35,346 nucleotides of DNA from Dongiaceae bacterium (GTDB taxonomy: Bacteria > Pseudomonadota > Alphaproteobacteria > Dongiales > Dongiaceae): positions 1 to 35,346 of the forward strand of contig DASZQC010000142.1 of the NCBI GenBank assembly GCA_035549815.1, given 5' to 3'. The notes under the pieces are model-generated. The model did not search any database, had not been told where the DNA came from, and worked only from the letters and a program-made list of their open reading frames with translations. The stretch's first letter is position 1. Each line of letters opens with the position of its first letter. Position numbers and translations under genes: made by a program. Of this stretch, positions 1 through 6,830 are shown one piece after another.

Positions 1-1
1 T

Positions 2-1096
2 GTTGCGCCAGATCTTCACCGGCACGCTGGTATTGCGCGGGGTCTCCGCGACGATGCGCGACAGATCCTTGGGCGAGGCGATCGCATGCCCGCCGAAATC
101 CAGCACCACGTCGCCGGCTTTCAGGCCCGCCGCTTCGGCCGGGCTCTTCTCCTGCACGGACGAGATCAAGGCGCCCTGGCCTGATTTCAGACCCAGGCCC
201 TGGGTCAGGTCCGGCGTCAGCTCCTGGATCGCGACACCCAGCCAGCCGCGCTCGATATGGCCCTGCTGCTTCAGCTCGGCGATGATCGGCTTGGCGAGAT
301 TGGAGGGGATCGCAAAGCCGATGCCGACCGAGCCGCCGCTCGGCGAAACGATCGCCGTGTTGATGCCGATCACGTCGCCATTGGTCGAGAAGGTCGGGCC
401 GCCGGAATTGCCCTGGTTGATCGCGGCGTCGATCTGCAGGAAGTCGTCATAGGGGCCTTCATGGATGTCGCGGCCGCGGGCCGAGACGATGCCGGCGGTC
501 ACGGTGCCGCCCAGGCCGAACGGATTGCCGACCGCCATCACCCAGTCGCCGATCCGCATCTTGTCGGAATCGCCGAACGAGACGTGCGGCAGCTCGGTCT
601 TGGCTTCGACCTTCAGCAGGGCTAGGTCGGTCTTCGGGTCGGCGCCGATCAGCTTGGCCGGATATTCGGTGCCGTCGGTCAGCGTGACCTCAATGTTCTT
701 GGCGTCGTCGATCACGTGGTTGTTGGTGACGACGTAGCCGCTGGCGTCGATGATGAAGCCGGAGCCGAGCGAGGTCACCTTGCGCGGATGCTTCTGCATC
801 TCCTGGCGCTGCTGGTCCATGAACGGCTTGAAGAACTGCTCGAACGGCGAGCCCTCGGGGAAGGGCATGCCTTCCATGCCGCCCATGCCTTCGCCGTCCT
901 TCGGCGTCAGGACATGGGTGGACGAAATGTTGACCACGGCCGGGGACACCTTTGCCGCTAGGTCGGCAAAGGTGGATGGCGGCGCTTCTGCGTGGGTCGG
1001 GGCCACGACCGCGAGACCCAAAACCAGGGCTGCGGTGGCGCCGCCAACGACCCGGCCGGGTCTGGAGGAAACCAAATGGGATACAACGCTACGCAT
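2..1096 (-). CDS. degP: DegP/HtrA (Do-family) periplasmic serine protease with PDZ domain; 3' end runs off the window
   Basis: Not in the ORF track; translated by hand. MRSVVSHLVSS..signal peptide..FADLAAKVSPAVVNIS..SLGSGFII..VVTNNHVI (His)..DPKTDLALLKV (Asp)..DAAINQGNSGGP (Ser)..RGWLGVAIQ..SPAEAAGLKAGDVV (PDZ). GGAG RBS upstream of the ATG at 1096. Confidence 0.95.
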   Translation of the reverse strand, partial: MRSVVSHLVSSRPGRVVGGATAALVLGLAVVAPTHAEAPPSTFADLAAKVSPAVVNISSTHVLTPKDGEGMGGMEGMPFPEGSPFEQFFKPFMDQQRQEMQKHPRKVTSLGSGFIIDASGYVVTNNHVIDDAKNIEVTLTDGTEYPAKLIGADPKTDLALLKVEAKTELPHVSFGDSDKMRIGDWVMAVGNPFGLGGTVTAGIVSARGRDIHEGPYDDFLQIDAAINQGNSGGPTFSTNGDVIGINTAIVSPSGGSVGIGFAIPSNLAKPIIAELKQQGHIERGWLGVAIQELTPDLTQGLGLKSGQGALISSVQEKSPAEAAGLKAGDVVLDFGGHAIASPKDLSRIVAETPRNTSVPVKIWRN

Positions 1097-1164
1097 AACT
1101 GTCTCCGAAACTTCGCAGGTGCCCGCAAGGCACTGATCCATGGGCATCAACATGGGGGAGGCGG

Positions 1165-1212
1165 GTAACACGCGCGTGTCGCCGGAAGGGCCTTTTGGCA
1201 ACGGATTGCGAC
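1165..1212 (-). promoter_or_regulatory. Four-box direct-repeat motif upstream of degP (putative OmpR-family binding array)
   Basis: Minus strand reads GTCGC-aatcc-GTTGC-N17-GACAC-N6-GTTAC-N10-CATGTT. The same architecture recurs at 5511, 6150 and 6759. Confidence 0.7.
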
Positions 1213-1225
1213 CGGGGGGCCGGCT

Positions 1226-1240
1226 GTTACAATTGGTTAC
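1226..1240 (+). promoter_or_regulatory. GTTAC-N5-GTTAC direct repeat (CpxR/OmpR-type box) facing the response regulator gene
   Basis: gttac-aattg-gttac; further GTTAC at 1259 and GTTAA at 1272. The 10-bp periodic direct repeat is typical of OmpR/PhoB-family sites. Confidence 0.6.
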
Positions 1241-1427
1241 GAACCGGCCCTGACGGACGTTACGTAGTATCGTTAACGAAGAAGGCAACGGCCCCAGCGT
1301 GGCGGCCGAAGGCCCCTCAGCTAGTTTCCGGGGGCAGCGTTAACCATATGGCTGTTTTTACCGCCTAGGCTCGCCGGGCACCCACAGGCCCGCCGCCCGC
1401 ATCCAGGGCGGAGGAGAATGACGTCGA

Positions 1428-2207
1428 ATGGACCGTTCCGCCCATATCCTGGTAGTCGATGACGACAGGGAGATCCGCAATCTCCTGTCCAAGTTCCTGG
1501 CCAAGAACGGCCTCCGCGTCAGCGTGGCCGCCGATGGCCGCGAGATGCGCCGCGTCCTGGCGGAGGCCAAGATCGATCTGATCGTCCTCGATCTCATGCT
1601 GCCTGGGGAATCCGGCCTCACTCTGTGCGGTCAGCTCCGCGCCACCACCTCTACCCCCATCATCATGCTGACCGCCGTCAGCGAGGAGACCGACCGCATC
1701 ATCGGCCTGGAGATGGGTGCCGATGACTACCTGCCGAAGCCGTTCAATCCGCGCGAGCTGCTGGCGCGCATCCGCGCCATCCTGCGCCGCACCGAGGACC
1801 GCGCCGCCGTCGCCGTCGGGGCCTCCGGCGAAAGCGACCCGGTCTTCACCTTCGATGGTTGGAAGCTGCACCCGGCGCGGCGCCAGTTGCTCGACCCCGC
1901 CGGCCAACAGGTGGAGCTGACCGGTGGCGAGTTCGACCTCCTGGTGACCCTGGTCGAACGGCCGCAGCGCGTGCTGAGCCGCGACCGCCTGCTCGATTTG
2001 ACCAAGGGGCGCGCGGCGTCGCTGTTCGACCGCTCCATCGACGTGCAGATCGGCCGGTTGCGCCGCAAGCTGGAGAGCACGGTCGCCGGCGCCGGCGGCC
2101 TGATCGCCACGGTGCGCGGCGGCGGCTACATGTTCACCGGCGCGGTGACGGGCGGCGACATCGCCGGTGAGCCCGGCGGCAGGGATGGAGCGGAGACCGC
2201 GCCGTGA
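1428..2207 (+). CDS. OmpR/PhoB-family response regulator
   Basis: Receiver domain (ILVVDDD, LIVLDLMLPG, GADDYLPKPF) and winged helix (LSRDRLL..DRSIDVQIGRLRRKL..TVRGGGYMF). GGAGGAG RBS region upstream. Confidence 0.95.
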   Translation: MDRSAHILVVDDDREIRNLLSKFLAKNGLRVSVAADGREMRRVLAEAKIDLIVLDLMLPGESGLTLCGQLRATTSTPIIMLTAVSEETDRIIGLEMGADDYLPKPFNPRELLARIRAILRRTEDRAAVAVGASGESDPVFTFDGWKLHPARRQLLDPAGQQVELTGGEFDLLVTLVERPQRVLSRDRLLDLTKGRAASLFDRSIDVQIGRLRRKLESTVAGAGGLIATVRGGGYMFTGAVTGGDIAGEPGGRDGAETAP

Positions 2208-3643
2208 ACTTCATCTTGCGTCACCTGTTGCCGCAATCGATGTTGACATGGTTCGCGCTGGTTCTCGCCTTTGGCATCACTTTTTCGCTGATCGCGGTTT
2301 CCGCCTTCCACGCCATCAGCCGCGACGAAGCGGTCGCCGCGCTGGAAGATCTGCGCGCCGCCGAGCGCATCGCCGCCACGGCGCGCTTCCTCGATCACTC
2401 GGCGCCGGTGCTGCGGCCGGTGATCGCCGAATCCATCAGCGGCTCCTCGCTTTATGTCGTCGCCGCCGCCGACAGCCGCGTCGCGCGTGAATCGCCGCCG
2501 GACAGCCGCACCGAGCGCCTGCGCGACGTGCTCGGCGCGCGCCTGGACGGCGTGCGCTGGCGCGATCTGCGTGTCGAATATGGCGGGTCCGCGGGTCACG
2601 CCGATCTGCTGTCATCCTGGATGCCCAGGTTGTGGGCTGATAGTCGCGACGAGCGCGCCGATCAATTGCTGCGGCTGCAGGATCGTGGCCAGGCCTTCTA
2701 CGTGTCGCTGCAATTGATGGACGGCACCTGGCTCAATTTCGCCTTTGCCTCGGTCAGCAGCCTGCCGCTTTCTTCGGTGTCGCATATCCTGGTGCTGGGC
2801 CTCAGCATTTCGGGCTTGCTGGTGTTCGGCGTCGCGGCGATGCGGCTGATCACGCGCCCGATCGACCAGTTGGCGACGGCGGCGGAGGAATTCGGCCGCG
2901 GCGGCCATCCGGAAGACGTGCCGGAAAGCGGCGTCAGCGAAGTGCGTCGCGCCGCCGGCGCCTTCAACCGCATGCGCGACCGCATCCGGCGCATGATCGA
3001 GGATCGCACGCAGATGATCGCCGCCATCTCGCACGATCTGCGCACGCCGATCACGCGCCTGAAGCTGCGCGCCGAGTTCGTCGAGGACCCGGAAGAGCAG
3101 CAGAAGATGCTGGCCGACCTGGACCAGATGGAGGCGATCATCCGCTCCACGCTCGCCTTCGCGCGCGAGGACAATGACACCGAGCCGAGCGAGCCGGTCG
3201 ATCTGGCCGAGCTGCTGCGCGAGGTGGTGGAAGCCAATCCGCCGGCGCGCCTGCACCTGGTGCGCAACAGCGATGCCGAGGTCGCAGTCACCATCCTGGG
3301 CAAGCCGGTGGCGCTCTTGCGGTGCTTCAACAATCTGGTGGAGAACGCCATCCGCTACGGCCACGCCGCCGACATCAGCCTGTTCGAGCGGCCGGATTCC
3401 GTCGAAGTCGCCATCGACGATCAAGGCCCGGGCATCCCGGCGGACCGCATCAATGACGTGTTCCGGCCCTTTGTCCGCCTGGAGGAATCGCGCAACCGCG
3501 ATTCCGGTGGCGCGGGCCTGGGCCTCGCCATCGTGCGCTCGGTCATCCTGGCGCATGGCGGCTCCATCACCCTGGAGAACCGCAAGGAAGGCGGCCTGCG
3601 CGCGCTCGTGCGCCTGCCGAAGGTGCATCAGGAGATCGGCTGA
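2204..3643 (+). CDS. Membrane sensor histidine kinase (2 TM, periplasmic domain, HAMP, HisKA, HATPase; EnvZ/CpxA-like)
   Basis: H-box AISHDLRTPITRL, N-box NLVENAIRYG, G1 DDQGPGIP, G2 GGAGLGLAI. GTGA overlap with the regulator stop codon. Confidence 0.95.
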   Translation: MNFILRHLLPQSMLTWFALVLAFGITFSLIAVSAFHAISRDEAVAALEDLRAAERIAATARFLDHSAPVLRPVIAESISGSSLYVVAAADSRVARESPPDSRTERLRDVLGARLDGVRWRDLRVEYGGSAGHADLLSSWMPRLWADSRDERADQLLRLQDRGQAFYVSLQLMDGTWLNFAFASVSSLPLSSVSHILVLGLSISGLLVFGVAAMRLITRPIDQLATAAEEFGRGGHPEDVPESGVSEVRRAAGAFNRMRDRIRRMIEDRTQMIAAISHDLRTPITRLKLRAEFVEDPEEQQKMLADLDQMEAIIRSTLAFAREDNDTEPSEPVDLAELLREVVEANPPARLHLVRNSDAEVAVTILGKPVALLRCFNNLVENAIRYGHAADISLFERPDSVEVAIDDQGPGIPADRINDVFRPFVRLEESRNRDSGGAGLGLAIVRSVILAHGGSITLENRKEGGLRALVRLPKVHQEIG

Positions 3644-4869
3644 AACGCCGCCGCGATCCGCTTGCGCCGGGTGAAGGCGTAGGCCCAGGCGATCAGGCAT
3701 AGACCGACGGCAATCAACATCGGCAGTTGCAGGCCGGGCCGTTCGGCCGTCGCGCCGATCGCATAGGCGCCGATGCCGGCGGAAAGCCGGGAGAGCAGGA
3801 ATTCCGTGCCCATGACCCGGCCGCGCTGGCTGTCGTCGATGGAGGTCTGCAGCAACGCGATCGTACCGGTGTTGTGGATCTGGCGCGCCGCGCCCCAAAT
3901 AAGCGCCGCGCCGACCGCCAGCCACAAGCGATCGGCCAGCACAACCGCGCCGACCGCCAGCGCGCAGGCGGCGAAGGCGCCGATGAGCAGCGGTGGCGCC
4001 AGGCGCTTCATGCCGCCATGCGCCATCCAAAGCGCCGCGCAGGTGGCGCCGGCGCCGAAGATCGCGAGGATCGTGGTCATGCCGCCGACGCCGAGCCCGA
4101 GCGAGGTGGCGGAATAGGCCGGCAGCATCTGGTAGAGCGCGCCGGACAGCGCGTCGCCCAGCAGCATCAGGATGAGCAAGGTGGTGATGCCGGGGTGCCC
4201 GGCGATATAGCGCAGGCCGTCGACGAAGTCGCCGATCATCGTGCCGCGCTTCGACATCGGCGCGGCATAGCCGGCCGGCGTGCGCAGGAAGGCGATGGAG
4301 ATGAGATAGATGACATAGCCCGCCGCGTTCACGGCAAAGGCGAAGGCGGCGCCTTGATGGGCGATCAGCCAACCGGCCAGGATCGGACCGGCGACGATCG
4401 CCACCTGGGTGTAGGCGCTGTTGACGGCGATGGCGGAGGCCAAGCGCTCCTTGGCGACGAAGCGCGGCAGCATCCCGTAGGCGGCCGGCACGCTGAAGGA
4501 ATGGATCGTGCCGTGCAGGAACACCAGGACCGCCAGCGGCCAGATGGAAAGGTGACCGGAATAGGCGAGGGCCGCCAACGCCGCTGCTTGCAGGAGGGCG
4601 AAGGCGTAGCTGATCACCACGATGCGGAAACGGTCATAGCGGTCCGCCAGCGTGCTGCCGAGCGGCACGAACAGGATGTTCGGCGCAATGTCCAGCACGG
4701 CGATGACGGCCAGCCATGTGGTGGAATGGGTCAATTCCCAGGCGGTCCAGGAAACCGCCACCACCTGCATGAAAAAGGCGACCCACGAGATCACCGAGCC
4801 GACCGTGTAAACGCGGAAATTCCGGTCGGCGAGCGCTTCGCCGATGCCGCCAAGCCTCATCAGGCGCAT
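3628..4869 (-). CDS. MFS transporter (MFS_3/EntS-like)
   Basis: About 12 hydrophobic segments; GSTLADRYDRFR motif A and QRGRVMG motif. Converges on the kinase with overlapping stops. Confidence 0.88.
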   Translation of the reverse strand: MRLMRLGGIGEALADRNFRVYTVGSVISWVAFFMQVVAVSWTAWELTHSTTWLAVIAVLDIAPNILFVPLGSTLADRYDRFRIVVISYAFALLQAAALAALAYSGHLSIWPLAVLVFLHGTIHSFSVPAAYGMLPRFVAKERLASAIAVNSAYTQVAIVAGPILAGWLIAHQGAAFAFAVNAAGYVIYLISIAFLRTPAGYAAPMSKRGTMIGDFVDGLRYIAGHPGITTLLILMLLGDALSGALYQMLPAYSATSLGLGVGGMTTILAIFGAGATCAALWMAHGGMKRLAPPLLIGAFAACALAVGAVVLADRLWLAVGAALIWGAARQIHNTGTIALLQTSIDDSQRGRVMGTEFLLSRLSAGIGAYAIGATAERPGLQLPMLIAVGLCLIAWAYAFTRRKRIAAAFQPIS

Positions 4870-4984
4870 GATATGCGTTCCGCGTCGCCACGCTTATGGT
4901 GTCGGGAGGGAATCGGAGGGGTCACCGGATCATTTATGCCGCGCCGGCGGCGAAGCGCAAGGCGGGGGCGGGCAGCAGTACAAC

Positions 4985-5019
4985 GAAATTAAACCCTCCC
5001 CCAGTGGCCCGAGGGAGGG
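4985..5019 (-). terminator. Rho-independent terminator of small secreted protein copy 1
   Basis: CCCTCCC/GGGAGGG stem (4994-5019) followed on the minus strand by TTTAATTTC. Confidence 0.7.
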
Positions 5020-5071
5020 CTCGCGTCAATCAATCGTCGTTGATCGGATTGGTGTTGTTCAGCTTGCCTCT

Positions 5072-5407
5072 TCAGCTTGCCGACGGCTTGGCGCCGAGCA
5101 TCTTGAAGGCCAGGTCGTATTTCTCGATGCCGGCCGTGTCGTTGTGCGCCGCGCAGAAGGACTTGCCCTGGGCCGCCGTCTGCATCGCCCGCAGATAGCT
5201 CTGCGCGTTCTTGTATTTGCCGGACGTGGTGTCGAACTCGTAGCCGAGCGCCTGGCATTTCTGGTCCATCGCCACCGAGGCGACCTTGTCCTTGTGCACC
5301 CGGTGTTCCTGCGCCTTGGGCGGGATGATGATCGGGCTGCTTGCGGCCAGCGCCATTGGCGCGCCGAAGACAAGCAAAGCGGCGGTGGCGATCAGGATTC
5401 TGTTCAT
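5072..5407 (-). CDS. Small secreted helical protein, C-x33-C family, copy 1 (111 aa)
   Basis: Sec signal MNRILIATAALLVFGAPMALA; C-x33-C; ends in G-x-KP; GGAGA RBS; paralogous to copies 2 and 3. Confidence 0.85.
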   Translation of the reverse strand: MNRILIATAALLVFGAPMALAASSPIIIPPKAQEHRVHKDKVASVAMDQKCQALGYEFDTTSGKYKNAQSYLRAMQTAAQGKSFCAAHNDTAGIEKYDLAFKMLGAKPSAS

Positions 5408-5422
5408 GGAAATCTCCGTCAG

Positions 5423-5488
5423 AACGACATCTTGTGAATCTCCGGTCTTGTGCGGCAGATGTCGGCGTGGATGTCGATGCGCGTCGGC
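5423..5488 (-). ncRNA. Candidate structured 5'-UTR RNA element, copy 1
   Basis: GCCGACGCGCAUCGACAUCCACGCCGAC-[variable hairpin]-UCA-N3-GAUGUCGUU; CGACAUC can pair with GAUGUCG. Confidence 0.5.
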
Positions 5489-5510
5489 CGGGGAAAGGTG
5501 GGGCTTGCGC

Positions 5511-5557
5511 GTAACGCCGCAATAACGGAGGTGGCCGGATTTGCAACAGATCGTGTC
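5511..5557 (-). promoter_or_regulatory. Four-box promoter motif, copy 1
   Basis: GACAC-gatct-GTTGC-N16-GTTAT-N6-GTTAC-N10-CACCTT. Confidence 0.65.
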
Positions 5558-5621
5558 GGCCGCGGGCCTTATTGCGCGCTGTCACACGATGCTTCCGCCG
5601 CGTGGAATAGCGCGCGGCGTA

Positions 5622-5674
5622 CAAAGGATCGCGCCCCCTCACGCGGTGCGGGAGGGGGCGTGCCTTGCGGTGCG
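5622..5674 (-). terminator. Hairpin/terminator after copy 2; near-identical to 6220-6272
   Basis: CGCCCCCTC..GAGGGGGCG stem followed on the minus strand by GATCCTTTG. The 53-bp block is repeated downstream of copy 3. Confidence 0.6.
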
Positions 5675-5694
5675 GGGTTGGTGAGATTGGTCGA

Positions 5695-6036
5695 TCAGCC
5701 GATCATCGCCGGCTTCACGCCGATGGTGTGCAGCGCGCGCTCCAGCTTGGCGATGCCCTGCAGCGACCGGTCGGTGCTGCACAGATTGCGGCCCTCGTTG
5801 CTGAGGCGCACGGCGTTGTGGTACGCCTTCATCGACACGCCCTCCGAACTCGCCTTGCTGAACTGCTGTTCCAGCTTGATACATTGGGCGCTGGGGCTCG
5901 CGGACGAAACCTGATAGGTCTCGGTGATCGGCGGCTTGCCTTTCAGCATCCCGGTCGGCGTCAGGTTGCCGGAGGCGACGGCAAGCGGCGCGCCGAGAAT
6001 CACCAGGGCGGTTGCGGCGATCAGTGTCTTCTTCAT
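5695..6036 (-). CDS. Small secreted helical protein, C-x33-C family, copy 2 (113 aa)
   Basis: Start reassigned to MKKTLIAATAL (ATG 6036, GGAGA RBS). Signal peptide; CIKLEQQFSKA..AVRLSNEGRNLC..GIAKLERAL..GVKP. Confidence 0.85.
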   Translation of the reverse strand: MKKTLIAATALVILGAPLAVASGNLTPTGMLKGKPPITETYQVSSASPSAQCIKLEQQFSKASSEGVSMKAYHNAVRLSNEGRNLCSTDRSLQGIAKLERALHTIGVKPAMIG

Positions 6037-6052
6037 GATTGGTCTCCATGGA

Positions 6053-6127
6053 AACGACATCGAATGAGCTTTGCCAGGCAAATCACCGGTTGGCAAAGCG
6101 TCGGCGTGGATGTCGATGCGCGTCGGC
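6053..6127 (-). ncRNA. Candidate structured 5'-UTR RNA element, copy 2
   Basis: Same conserved 28-nt head; inner stem GCUUUGCCA/UGGCAAAGC; then UCAUUC-GAUGUCGUU. Confidence 0.5.
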
Positions 6128-6149
6128 TGGAGAACCCTGAACCGTTCCT

Positions 6150-6197
6150 GTAACGGCCGAATGTCCGTCACGGCCTTATTTTGCAACGGAACGTGTC
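6150..6197 (-). promoter_or_regulatory. Four-box promoter motif, copy 2
   Basis: GACAC-gttcc-GTTGC-N17-GACAT-N6-GTTAC-N10-CAGGGT. Confidence 0.65.
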
Positions 6198-6219
6198 ACG
6201 CGGGCGGTACGTGCGTCGT

Positions 6220-6272
6220 CAAAGGATCGCGCCCCCTCGCGCGATGCGGGAGGGGGCGCGCCTTGCGGTGCG
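6220..6272 (-). terminator. Hairpin/terminator after copy 3
   Basis: CGCGCCCCCTC..GAGGGGGCGCG stem; duplicate of 5622-5674. Confidence 0.6.
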
Positions 6273-6309
6273 ATCTATGGGTTGAGGGGAACTCTGGGGT
6301 GACGGGGGA

Positions 6310-6651
6310 TCAGGTGTTGGAGGCCGGCTTCACGCCGATCAGTTTCAGCGCCTGCTCCAGCTTGCTGACGCCTTCCGGCGCCTTGTTGGCCGTGCACATG
6401 TTCCGGCCTTCGTCGCGCAGGCGCACGGCGTCCTTGTACACCGGCATCGACTTGTGGCTCGATTCCGCCTTGCTGAACTGCTGTTCCAGGGCCGTGCAGC
6501 GGGCGCTGGGGCTCGAAGCGGCGACCTTGTGGGTCTGCGTCACCGCCGGCTTGGCGTTCGGAAGGGGAGTCATGGTGTTGCTGTTGGCCGCCATGGCCAG
6601 CGGCGCGCCGAGGAACATCAGCGCGGTGGCGGCGATCAGGGTCTTTTTCAT
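6310..6651 (-). CDS. Small secreted helical protein, C-x33-C family, copy 3 (113 aa)
   Basis: Start reassigned to MKKTLIAATAL (ATG 6651, GGAGAG RBS). CTALEQQFSKA..AVRLRDEGRNMC..GVSKLEQAL..GVKP. Confidence 0.85.
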   Translation of the reverse strand: MKKTLIAATALMFLGAPLAMAANSNTMTPLPNAKPAVTQTHKVAASSPSARCTALEQQFSKAESSHKSMPVYKDAVRLRDEGRNMCTANKAPEGVSKLEQALKLIGVKPASNT

Positions 6652-6671
6652 GGTGCTCTCCATTGCATTGG

Positions 6672-6735
6672 AACGACATCGGATGAGCTTGCGGTTGGAC
6701 GGCAAGGTCGGCGTGGATGTCGAAAGCGCGTCGGC
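6672..6735 (-). ncRNA. Candidate structured 5'-UTR RNA element, copy 3
   Basis: GCCGACGCGCUUUCGACAUCCACGCCGAC-CUUGC/GCAAG stem-CUCAUCC-GAUGUCGUU. Confidence 0.5.
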
Positions 6736-6758
6736 GGGGTAGACTCTCCGTCAACGAT

Positions 6759-6806
6759 GTAACGGCGGAATGTCCTGAACCCTGCGCATTTGCAACGAAT
6801 TGTATC
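6759..6806 (-). promoter_or_regulatory. Four-box promoter motif, copy 3
   Basis: GATAC-aattc-GTTGC-N17-GACAT-N6-GTTAC-N10-GAGAGT. Confidence 0.65.
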
Positions 6807-6830
6807 GAAGGCCCGGTCCGTCGCCTTGTG

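Noticed and set aside
3-1136. Several plus-strand ORFs at the left edge
   Set aside because: Antisense to the clear degP frame, which the ORF track missed because it lacks a stop in the window.
5423-6735. Repeated 28-bp sequence as a CRISPR array or IS ends
   Set aside because: Copies are about 600-640 bp apart with whole genes between them; no cas or transposase gene. Better explained as duplicated leaders.
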